A DNA stretch of 64,000 bases from Moniliella sp. 'wahieum' (Eukaryota): the NCBI GenBank assembly GCA_003971905.1, contig RSEE01000032.1, positions 186,001-250,000 on the forward strand. Reading direction: 5' to 3'. This document shows positions 38,862-49,888 of this stretch, one piece after another. Positions within the stretch are counted from its first letter, which is position 1. Each line of letters opens with the position of its first letter. Under the pieces are notes generated by a model. The model ran no database searches. It saw only the letters and a list, made by a program, of their open reading frames with translations, and had not been told where the DNA came from. The translations under genes and the position numbers were made by a program.

Positions 38862-40026
38862 TTAGTTGGCCAAGGCCTTGGTGACGAAAGCCCAATAGTC
38901 GTCCATGATGTTGTCCGGTGCATCCTCTTCTTCTGCGTTGTGCTCCATGGTCAGCAACCCATCCGTCTTCCACCAGGCAACGAAACATACCATCAAATTG
39001 ACTAGAGAGCGACCAATGCGAAAATCAATCATCGTTCGGTCAGTAATCACAGCGAGGCGACGAACAAAGCCAACGTACTGATCCTTGCCAGCAAGCTCGT
39101 GGTATTCCACTTTCCAACCCAAGTTGGTAGCCACCTGGGCCAGTTCGCGTCCCTGCGCCACATCCACGGCCATGTCTGCATCACCATGAACGATGAACAT
39201 ATTCATCGCTGGCCCTTTAACACGAATTTGCTCCTGCTCCGAAGTGATCCACCGAGGAACCTCATATTCTTCCAGCATCCCTTGAGCGATCTGTTCCGGA
39301 GAAAAGTTAAGTAGATGAAGGCCATAGCTGGTTGCAAATTGTTGGGCATAAGGGTAGAGCAGATTCCGCAGCGGGTCCGCCCCCTTGCCCACCCCTTCTT
39401 TGGTGGCAAGGGAAAGTGTATCCCATTCATCGGGATCGGTGTTGCTCACAGCGGGGGCAGTGGGGTCGACCAATGTGGCCCAACGCTCGTCTTGAGCAAT
39501 GTGGGCGGGGAGGGACCCCTTATAAGGCACCCGCGGCTCGGACCAAAACGGGCTGTTGAAAGTGGTGATCGGATAAATCAAAGCAAGCCCCTTGATCTGC
39601 TGCAACTCGGGTGCACCTAACGGAACAGATGATGTTTTCCCAAGCCCCAGCCAAGCGGCCAAGTAACCCCCCACCGAGCTGCCCGACACGACGACACGGG
39701 TGGGATCAACAGTGTGAGGGAGCAGTTGCGGGAGGGTGTGTAGGGCCCAAAGAAAGGCGTCGCCCACGTCGGTCAGGATGGTGGGGAGACGAACTTGGGG
39801 CGCCAAACGGTAGTCGGGGCTGACGACGATGAGGCGATGCAGGTTTACAGCGCGACGCATGTGCGGGGGCACGGCTTGGCGCCGACCTTGGACACAGCCC
39901 CCGCCATGGATCCAAAACAGGATGGGGCAGGGTTCGGCGGTAGGGAGTAGAGAGGAGATGCACATCGACCTTGAGCGCCAGATCTCCAACCGTCTTGTAC
40001 ACAAACGTCTGGATCTGATCTGCCAT
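38862..40026 (-). CDS. Alpha/beta hydrolase, HSL/Abhydrolase_3-type esterase (two short 3' introns)
   Basis: LFWIHGGG oxyanion motif, VVSPDYRLAPQ, nucleophile GSSVGG and FIVHGDAD. The catalytic His in ELAGKDH is split by a GTACGT intron, and a second GTATGT..CTGAC..CAG intron follows. Confidence 0.88.
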
Positions 40027-40203
40027 GCTGACGGGTAGAGGTGGAGATGGAGGTTGAGACGAAGAATGGTGCGGGAGGCAGCGGCGGATAAAAACGTTCA
40101 GACAATATTGATATGACGCGCCAAAATCGCTGAATCAATTAATTGGCTCCCAGCACCGGCCCGCAGGGCGGAGAACCGAGATGAGCTGTGGCTGTCCGAC
40201 GGC

Positions 40204-40380
40204 ACGTTAACGTTTAACGTTAACGCGTTAACGTCGTTAACCGCGGCAACTATGGGGAAGCTGACGGGGTGACATGGTGATGGCGCTGATGCGCTGACGC
40301 GCTGACGCACTGATGCGCTGACGCACTGATGCGCTGATGCGCTGACGCGCTGACGGCGTTGGCAGCTGACGCGGCTGACG
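40204..40380. repeat. GTTAAC-based palindromic run followed by about nine copies of the octamer GCRCTGAY
   Basis: ACGTTAACGTTTAACGTTAACGCGTTAACGTCGTTAAC at 40204-40241; GCGCTGAT/GCGCTGAC/GCACTGAT tandem at about 40283-40355. Confidence 0.88.
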
Positions 40381-41207
40381 TGGCACTGACAAGCTAGCAT
40401 AATATTCATTTTTTGCCTTAATTTGACCTTTCCTGAGGCTGAATTGAGAATTCAATCACAGCAGCACACCCGACCTTTCTGTTTTGCCTGGTAAGCTCCG
40501 CTGTTCTACATCGGTGTTGAAGAAACCTCCGTCCCCACAGTCCCACAATCCCAACAATCCGATCATATCTGAGTCCGGCATGGCCCGGAGGGGGACGACG
40601 AGCTGATGCACTGTCAACGTCAACACGAGCCGAGATGGAGCGTGGGAAAAAGAGTCAGAAGCTAAAGGAGCGTATACCCTGTGGTTTCGTGGTGGGCTCG
40701 CGACAAGGATGCACATACCTATGATGAATAGAGATGTACCAGCAACCAATGAGCGTGGTGTTTCCCACGTTCGTATCACGACCACGGCGGCTCTTTATAC
40801 ATCCTTTCGCGTCGCCGCGACACGAGTGCCCAAGAAGGATGTTGGTCCAGCACTGATGCCTGAGGCCAGAACCCAGACGTGGCTAAGCCCCCTCTTCCGC
40901 CCCAGGTGGATGTTACGTAGAGTTAACGTAAATGAATGTGATCGGCATTCACAGCATGTTGTGTGGTTGGAAATTGGAAGTCTAAAAGCAGTTCCCCTTC
41001 CCTCCCTTCGCATGGTCCCAACTGCCAAAAGAGATGTACATGAGATGAACGGTACACGATGCATGATGCATTGCCCAGTCTTGGCATTGAATATTAACAT
41101 GTGACAAGGGAGCAAGATCGAGGGTGGGTATTAAAGATAGGGGCCAGGGGTGGGCTCTAGGTGGGAGAGTTGGCAGCAGATCAAAGTCAGTAGCTATCTC
41201 TGGAACG

Positions 41208-42541
41208 TCAATGTCTTGTGGTAGCATGCACGCTCAACCGAGGCGGGGATTTGAGCATAGCTTGCACCCACTCGTACACCCCAAATGTTACCCCAATGGA
41301 AGGAGCCACCTTGAGCAAGTTGGGCCAAAGACCACGGTAGAGGCCAGGAGGCCATCGGTACGGATGATGGTAGCAAACACATCGTATGTCGTCTTGTCAT
41401 TGTAGCCCAACTTGGCCTTTCCATCGGGCATGCCAGCCACTTGCATCCTTCTCCGTAGTACGTCGAGTGGGTAGGTAAGTGTGGGAAATGCTACCTGCAA
41501 CGGCACCCGCAATCAACTTCTCCACCCCCGTCACGCTTTCTTCGGGGGAAGCCAAGGCTGCCCACATTTGGATCGCAGACCCAGTCCAACCGACTGTGGG
41601 TCCGTGAGCACGCACCGAGTCTCGTGCATGTACAATCCATCCTCGAAGATATTCGTAGATAAAGAAGTTCCCAGCAACGTAAGGCGCCACTCCTGAGCCA
41701 TGTGGCATTGTCAATACGGGGGACAGGACGGGAAAGGGCAGAATGGGACAGAAAACAGAGAGATACAACGTACCAAACTGACAGGGATGCAGCCGCGGTA
41801 CAGCCCGCGCATGCCGCCCTCTTCACGATATACTTGGACGGTCATGGCCCAGATGCCAGGGATCTTGGGTGGACTTGCGGTAACTGTTGCCGCACCTCCT
41901 ACGGGAACCGCCTGGGACTGCTGGACCATCACATCAGCCGTGGCAATAGAGATGCGGGCACGGACAAGATCGGGGGTAGGTAGACGCGACGCTGGTGATG
42001 CCGCCAATGCTCCAGCAGTGAAGCGAGCAAAAGGAGAAAGATGGGTTAGGCCCGGTTGTTGGTGGATCGGGCGTGGCAAAGTTGACCTTGAGCACCTCGT
42101 ACGTAGCAAATTGAACAGCGCTGTAGGGAGCAATGCGGAGGCAGTTGATCCCGTTTCCTCGGAACAAGCCCGGGACTCCCTCTTGCTGGACCATCTTTTT
42201 GAGTCCTTGCCATACGCCTGAGTAGGAGCCCTTGGCTCGAACCCCTTGGCTGGTTTGTGCGGCTGGACCTGCATGATGATTTTGAGGCGCTCGAGAGGGG
42301 AGACAACGGTGCGGCTAGCAGCACCGGCGGCACCGCCAGCAATGAAGTAGGACAACAGCTTGTCTTGGTCGAAAGCTGAAGACTGTGGCCGGGAGAGTGG
42401 TCGGGGCGAGGATAGAGACGCGGGCGGAGCAGCGTGAGGCCACGACGAGTCTTGACGTGGGTCGGTGGGCACGGCCTCAGCGGCAGCGACGCTAACGGGC
42501 GGGTCATGCCACTGGTACGGGCTCGTCGTTTCCTCGCGCAT
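41208..42541 (-). CDS. Mitochondrial carrier (SLC25), Ypr011c/SLC25A42-like adenine-nucleotide/CoA subgroup; frameshifted; 3' end approximate
   Basis: Three carrier repeats with signatures PLERLK, PxDLVR and PLDVLRRRMQV; also AGGAAGAASRT, GNGINCLRIAPYSAVQF and LLKVAPSIG. Confidence 0.92.
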
Positions 42542-42792
42542 TACGGCAAAGAGAGGTGAAAAGCTTTGGTGGAAGGGAGAGTGGGTGGGGTGGTTTGTGG
42601 AGGGAAGTGGCTGGTTGTTGCTCTGAGAACAAGACACTCCCCTGCCCATGCGTAATGGATAAGGCGGGGAGGGCGCAAGGCGTAAAGCGGGAGACGCGAG
42701 GTGCGGAGTATTAACAGCCTGCTGGGCAAGACAGCCAATTTCAGGTCCGGGGCAGAAGCAGCGGTTGAACGTACGTTGACCAGTCCCCGGTT

Positions 42793-42834
42793 GAGCTTCA
42801 AGCTTCAAGCTTCAAGCTTCAAGTGAAGCTTCAA
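42793..42834. repeat. (AAGCTTC)n heptamer array
   Basis: GAGCTTCAAGCTTCAAGCTTCAAGCTTCAAGTGAAGCTTCAA; reverse complement of the array at 61631. Confidence 0.9.
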
Positions 42835-45260
42835 GGCAGCCGCAGCCACAGGCAAGGTCGCCGTCATCAGTGCATCAGCCACTGTCCCCTGTCACCGATC
42901 GCTTCCGAGCGCAGCCGAAGGCGGAGATGGGACCTGCGCCCACAGTGGCCTGGGCCTGATGCCGGCTGCCGGCCAGCGGAGACTGGCGATCTGGGGCGCA
43001 GCCGGCTGTGCTCCCATGCTGCCGCCGGGTTGGGCCGGGCAGAGCAGGCGCACGCACACGGCTGCTGCGCCTTGCGCAGCCCATGGCTCAGAACACGGGG
43101 CAGCTTGCGGAGCCGCATCGGCCGGACAGACTGGCATGCTAATACCGCGTTTCCCACCCCACTGATCCACCGCCGCCGCCTCTCGGACTCATCCACTTCG
43201 GCCTCATCAAGTGCATCCCTCTCCTCAGGCCTGAGCCTCAGGCCTCATCGATCATCTCATCGCATCATCTCATCAATCGGCGGCCGTAACGCGCAAGGCG
43301 GCCTCAGGCCTCAGGCACGCACGGACCCACAGAACCCACAAGAGCGCTCGCTGGCTCAGCGCTCAGCCTGAGTGCCTCAGCCCTTTTCATTCATTTCCCA
43401 CCAGCCGCTCGACGCCTGCGGATGAGAGATGCCCGTCCTCTTCACAGACTGCTATGTTTATCAGACCTCGGCAGCCTGCCTATTAACGTCATTAACTGAC
43501 TCTCTATTCAGCGTTCAGCTTGAGCATCAACCAATTCAGTTGGGGTTCGCTTGTCTGCCTCCCCACCAGCACCATATAATCCCATCGCTGGGCTTGGCGA
43601 ACCGACGAGGACCAACATACTGAGATCCAATCGCAAGTACCAGGAGGCAAAGGGGGGGACGGCAGGGGCACAGTGTGCGGCGGTTCCGATGGTGTCTCAA
43701 GCACCAAGGCGGACCTTATTCATTATGCTGCTAGTACAAAACAATGGACACTTCTTCTTCATCTTCCTCTCCGTCTTAATGAGTGCGAGGATAAAGTCGA
43801 ATACATGCGTTACGCGTTATGCAGACTCCGTCATGCATCATAAGGCCTAAGGCCTGCATCCTGTGATTGTAGCGCCTCACCGGTCACCCCCCTCCATCCA
43901 GCAGGACCTTGCTCACCCTGTTTCCCCTTGATGCATTGAGCCCCACGGACCTGGCTGATTCTATGCTCATCAGCTCGCACAGTTGTTTGTATTCAAGCAC
44001 ACAAGATCTGCAGCTTCACTGGCAGGCGCAACAAAAATACTATAGTCCCAGTACACAAACTATAGTTGTGATCCAGAACTTGGCGTATATTGGTAGTGGC
44101 GAAGACGATGTGCACTGAGTCTAGAGTAATATATCCACGAGTAGGTCTCTCCTGACGGTCGGAGGGGGCGGAGGAGACGGGAGTGGAGTTCAGAAAACGT
44201 AGAAAACCATGTGAGAGAGAAGGGGACAATGCGAACCAGAGGTCAATCATACCATTGAGGGAAGGCCCTCTGCCTCGTCTATGCCTCTAGGTAGCTACAT
44301 GCAACTGCTGTTGCAATTGGCGGAGAGAGCGTGTACATCTTAGCGCCAGCAGACTACACTCATTCCCCTCCTGTTGGGCGGTGACTCCTTCCTTCCCTTC
44401 CCGCGCCCGTATCGATGACAATGTGAATGAGGAGGAAGGCCAAAAATATATCTCCAGTCGTCCTGAATGAAGCGACGAAGAAGGTATGGCAAAACGGTGA
44501 ATGAGACGCCTTTGGGGTTACCTTTGTTTGGCCTGAAGTACAAAAGAGCGTGAAAGGGTGTGTCCTCAAATTGCCGTTTGGAACCTTAGGAGGTTCAGGC
44601 GCCAGCTACGGAACAAAAGCTGGGACCTTGCCGACGACTTGGGCAGGATGCCGCGCATCAGAGCGTGACAAGTCGCGTGAGGCACTGCAATGTGCAGCGG
44701 ACAGAAAAAGGTGGGTTGGGGAGAGCGATTTAGGCACAGGGTGTAGGTAGGACGTCATGTTGTCCTTCATAGCAGGCGTGTGGAGGCACTGGACGATTGT
44801 GGTGAAGGCTTGCCATAGTTTAAACTGGGGCCAGCCCATTTACCGCTGCAAACGACGTGGGGCTAGACACGACGATTTCCGTTCAAACCGCACACTGCTT
44901 CCCAGTACTTCGCCGTCCCTTGCCACCCAACTGGGACTCAGGGGAACAGACGCCAACATCAACCCGTTTTTCATGTTGATGAACCGTCACATCTCACACT
45001 TAAAAAGATATACATTCTACGTGACTGGAATCAAAACTGGGGGCACAGGCGAAATCAGGAGGGGCATACGGCAGTATGGATTTTGGGGTGCGGTTGACCA
45101 GCAGCCTCAGACGACAGTCCAAAGCATGGCCACGTAGGGAGGTTGGTCGAGGAATGTTGAGGGTCCCCACGCATCCTCTCTACCAGTCAAGTGCAATCAT
45201 AGTGGGTGGTAAACCGGGCAGGGGGGAGGAGGGGGGGGGAGTGGGTTGACGGCGACTGAT

Positions 45261-45831
45261 TTACTCGTCGTCCCTCCTCCTCGTCGCCACCCTCAGCCGC
45301 AGCCTTGGCGCGCTTGCGCTTCACACGCCCTCACGGCCAACCGCCGTAGGGCGAGTTGAGAGCAAAGTCAATGTGCTTCTGGCTGTCGAGGCGGACGACA
45401 ACGAGGGCACGTTAACAATCTGCTTGCCGACGCGAATGTGGCGCTGGCGGATGAGCACGCGAGCGTGTGGATCGACTTGGCCAGGCCGGTCTTGAAGACC
45501 TGGGTCTGGAAGGCGCTCGAGGAAGTCCTAACGGTGAGGGACAGCACGTAGTCAAGACGCATGCGCGTCTCGTCGAGCACACCAATGCGGACCAAACGAC
45601 GAATAATGGCGTTGCCCTAAAACAGACGCTTGGGGTCCTTCTCGCAGCTTCAGCAGCTCACGGGCGCACGCCGACGAATCTTGGAAAGGGTGAGGGAGAT
45701 ACGCCAGATCTCAGTCTTGTTCGAAGACCGTACTCGCCAGCCAGCTTGAGCTCCGAGTCGAGACGTGAAGCCTCAAAGGGACGACGGGGAACCTTGTAGG
45801 TCTTCGACTGCTTCCGCGGTGCCAGAGGCAT
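45261..45831 (-). CDS. RPS9: 40S ribosomal protein S9 (uS4); 5'UTR intron 45838-45917; indels
   Basis: [74 protein letters not shown] and an acidic tail. Confidence 0.97.
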
Positions 45832-45917
45832 ATTGTCTGCATACGGCCATTCCGGTCAGTATTGCCCTTTCCTGCACCACCAGCGTGGAGCGCCCCGGCG
45901 TGGGCAACACTACTCAC

Positions 45918-46169
45918 CTTGACGTTGAGTTTGGCGGACGTGCGGGTCAACTGTCCAGACGCAAAAACGAGCAATGCCAGCACGCAGCAACGCACGAAGG
46001 CGGGCACAGCACTGCGGCAGTGTTCCGCGCAAAAACCAAATGAGGACACTCGCCCTGTGCAAATTGGTGCCGCAGTAGATCCAATAGGGTTGCTGCCGCC
46101 CGCCCCCCGAGTGTTGGAGCTTAGCCAGCGTCCTCCTGGACCACCACATAAGGCCAAACTTCGACCTCG
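45918..46169. promoter_or_regulatory. Compact bidirectional promoter and non-coding first exons of RPS9 and RPL21
   Basis: About 250 bp lie between two outward-facing GTGAGT donors (45917 on minus, 46170 on plus). TAGGGTT at 46085. Confidence 0.7.
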
Positions 46170-46330
46170 GTGAGTTGCACGCCAGCCTATGGGGTGTGGC
46201 ATCGTGGAAGGCCAGGGGAGAGAGCGCCACGGAAGCATCTGATCCAACCCTTCCTGTTGCGCAGCACTCCATGCGGCTCCAGGTATTTGACGTGACCCCT
46301 AACTGACCCTTGTGCTTTTTTTGTCCAGCC

Positions 46331-46808
46331 ATGCCCCATTCCTTCGGTTACCGGGCGCCGACGCGCGACCTCTTCAAGCGCGGTTTCCGCCAGCACGGTC
46401 AGATCCCCCTGCGACCTACTGCGGACCTTTACCACGTTGGCGACATTGTCGCGACATCAAGGCCACGGTGCTATCAGAAGGGTATGCCGCACAGACTACC
46501 ACGGCCGCACTGGTGTGGTGTACAACGTGGCTCCCCGTGCGGGGGGTGTGATCATCTACAAGATTGTGGGTGGCCGCTACATGGAGAAGCGCGTCAACGT
46601 TCGTGTGGAGCACGTCAAGCAATCCAAGGCCGTGACGACTTCCTGGCCCGCGTCAAGTCGAACGCGGAGAAGAGGCCATTGCGAAGGAGGCCGGCGAAAC
46701 GTTCGACCTTAAGCGCCGTCCCGCTCTTCCCCGTGACGCCCGCGTCATCAAGACGGAGGACAACCTCCCCGAGACGCTCGCGCCCATTGCCTACGACACT
46801 ACATTTAA
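46331..46808 (+). CDS. RPL21: 60S ribosomal protein L21 (eL21); 5'UTR intron 46170-46328; indels
   Basis: MPHSFGYR..TRDLFKRGFRQHG, YHVGDIV, QKGMPH, YHGRTGVVYNV, YMEKRVNVRVEHVK, and PETLAPIAYD at the end. Confidence 0.97.
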
Positions 46809-47448
46809 CGGTGTTCATATCGCCCTGAGGCATTTTGCCTACCAAAACCGTCTCGGTTGGCTGAGTCTAGGCTCCATGCTACCCGATTGGAGTTCGCTAT
46901 GAATCCGATTCATGTGTACCCCACCCCTGTCTGGGTACGCTCAGCCAAATCTAGATCCTGCCAAACCCCATGTCGTGAGACGGTATTCAGTTGAGTAGTG
47001 TATGAGGTGCACCAGCCATTGGTGCATCGGTCATTAGAATCGCCCACCGCGCATGACCAAAGATAGGCAGGTGAACGAGCTCGGTGTGTAACGTTTGATG
47101 GCAATTATTCGAGTGGGAAACGTTGAGTCTACCACGCTCCGCTTCCAACATACTCCACCTAGGGTGGTTAATGATTGTTCGTCCCTTGATGTTCTTATGC
47201 CCAGTAGCATTGAATATTGACCCTGCCATTCAAGTCGGACCCGTCGGACATCCGCCCAACTACCTGGGAAGCAGCACCAAGGTGCACGGAGGATATTGGC
47301 GCAATAATTATATTTGGGAAATGGAGCACTGCCGCCATGCTCACTTCCAGGTATTCTGGTTCTAACACAGCCCTACTGCCGTTACCCATGGAACCCTAAT
47401 GTCATGTCCCTCCCCGCCAGCTCATTCTGAACTACCGCGTTTGCTCCG

Positions 47449-47464
47449 TAGGGACGAAGCCCTA
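47449..47464. promoter_or_regulatory. TAGGG-N6-CCCTA palindrome (Tbf1-like element)
   Basis: TAGGGacgaagCCCTA lies 20 nt upstream of the RPL39 ATG, with extra half sites AACCCTAA (47392) and AGCCCTA (47369). Confidence 0.4.
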
Positions 47465-47484
47465 GACCATCGGCTTTAGCACCA

Positions 47485-47836
47485 ATGCCCTCGCACAAGA
47501 CCTTCCGCACTAAGTCGGCCCTGGCCAAGGCGGGCAGAACCAACCGGTACGTTACCGAACGCAGGAGAAATGTCGTCGTGCCAATGAGGATGGGACTGGG
47601 AGCGGTGCATCGACGCGCGTTGAACGTCTACCTTTGCCCGATCCACCGGCCGCCGGCCCGCTCCCATTCTCGTTGTCCGAGCACCTTTTCTCACGCCTCC
47701 CGCCCCCTTATGTGATGGCTGGCTAACCCATTTGCCCTGCAGCCCCATCCCCCAGTGGTTCCGTATGAAGACGGACAACAAGATCCAGTACAACAAGTTC
47801 CGTCGCAACTGGCGTCGCACCAAGCTGAACCTTTGA
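47485..47836 (+). CDS. RPL39: 60S ribosomal protein L39 (eL39), exons 47485-47546 and 47743-47836
   Basis: Splicing GTACGT..GCTAAC..CAG gives an intact 51-aa protein: [51 protein letters not shown]. Confidence 0.98.
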
Positions 47837-49888
47837 GCACACTTGCCGTGGTTCCAGCTGGCTGCGGGGGATCGTTGATTCTATGCACACACCTTTAGAG
47901 GACATTTAGAGACCTATGCATGTTCCTCTTTCCTCCCCAGCCTTGACCGACCTTCTCCCTGTCGCCTGCCCCCCCACGCTAGGAAGGGCAACGGCGTGTG
48001 CACCTTGTCAGAGCGCGAGGCGACAGCGCCTTATGTCCTCCAGTTATACATTCCCTCCAACGTAGTGAATAATTCGAACATTTGGTGCACTATGGCCACG
48101 GGCCTTCCAGCTTTACTTCCAGCTTTACGAGGGTAACCACATGTGTCCTTTGCCATCGGTCCCGATCGTAACCAGAGGCTGTACAATGGCCTTAGCAATG
48201 CGTTGGAATGCAAGTTGCACTCGTAGAAAGGGGAAAGGGAAAAGATGTGTACTGGGCATTTAGTAGCCACTTCAGTTGCGAAGAGAAGATGGGCTTGCGA
48301 TTGATTGAATGTTGGGCAATGGCCTGGCCAGGAGTTGTCTTGGGGACTGCACAACATCGACGAGCAAACGTCGTAAGTTTGGCCGGAACAAATGTTTTGG
48401 GGTGACTCGGCGAACCGTGCGTACAATAAAATAAGCAAAGGAGTGGAGAGTGGGACGAGAAACGGAACTGGTTTTTGCAGAAGAGGCAAAACACGCTTTG
48501 GCTTTCCCGATATCCTGGGGCTCAGGCCGTAGCGTCAAAAACGAATGTGGTAGTGGCGCACAAAGGGAAAAGGACGGTGGCGACTAGAGGCTGAGGTCAG
48601 ATCAACGTCGGTACGAGGTGCATGATCCAACGACCAAGGAAGATGCAAATCGACAAGTTCCTCAGCTTTTCATTTGCATCACGACTCTCGCGGGTGGTGA
48701 ACCAACTTTGGCAGCAACCAAGTCCGGATTGTCCCAGAGTTTGTCAGAGCAAACGAGGAGCGTCTCTTCCTCCAACACGGAATTCGCCGCATCCAGGAAC
48801 GACGATCCATCGACGGTCCACGAGACAAGGGGTTTGCGTCCAAGTAGCCCTCGGCCAAATAACAAGAGTCATCTTGGACAGGAGACAGGCCCTGCGCACG
48901 GGTGGTCATCTGTCCGCGCAGGAGACGTCTCTCGCGCCAAGCGGGGCCTGGGGCCGTCGGCTCTTAGCGCCCTGCCGGCTCTTCCTCCGCTGTACGGGGG
49001 AGGGGAAGTGGGTCCGTAGTAACTGGCACGGAGAAACCATGTATGAGCTCGTTTGGCCACCCGAGGTGGGACCAGGGAGATGCGCAGCATGGCGAGGCGA
49101 GGTGTGGTGGAGCCAAGCTAGATGCTCCAAGCGAGCCAGGAGTGTTGCTGGTTATCTAATTTAGAGACCGGCGGAAATGAAATGTTGGAGTGCGGGGTAA
49201 AAGATGTCTATGGTCAATTCTCGATTAACTCCCAAGCAAAGTTGGAGATGAGGAAGGCAACAGAAGAGGGGGGCATGCCGACACGGCACAGATCATGCCG
49301 CCCCCCCTCGTCTCAGGTGGCGGCCTAGTCACGAGGATCCGGTTTCCTACAATATGAGATGTACAGAGGGCTTGATTCCAAAGGTGAGGAAGGACAGTGT
49401 GGTGGCCTCGCCCGCCCGGCCAAAGCCACCCCAGACGGTGCCCATCGCCGTTCGATCTCTCTCTAACGAGAGAGTGGCAGGGAGAAAGGGCGGAAATGAC
49501 AGAAGGTGAAGGCCAAGGTTAAAAAAGGGACAGGCATCAGTGGGATGAGAGGACTGTGTGGTGTTTGGAGATGGGGGGAGGGGAGCGCAGAACCAAAAAA
49601 AGTAACCACAGATCCGGCATCTTGATGAAGGAGGTGAAGCGGGTGGGTCAAAGAGACCTGGCGCAGCATTGTTTTTTGAAGACAGGGAAAAAGAGCATAG
49701 CCATGAACCAGCATGGCAGATCTTGGTCATTCGTGCAGCGCTGGCATGTCCTCTTTTGGCGTGAGGAAAGAATTGGAGGGTGTTGGTCGGAGGTTCGCGC
49801 GAAAAAAAGAAAACTCCAACGGGCAAATGGTGCTCTATTGTTAGGCACTTGAAAACAGAAGGAGGGGATATCCATGGAGAGTCAGATA

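Noticed and set aside
48031..49500. Additional gene between RPL39 and the septin
   Set aside because: Only short ORFs on both strands, with no motif or consistent splice pattern that I can support.
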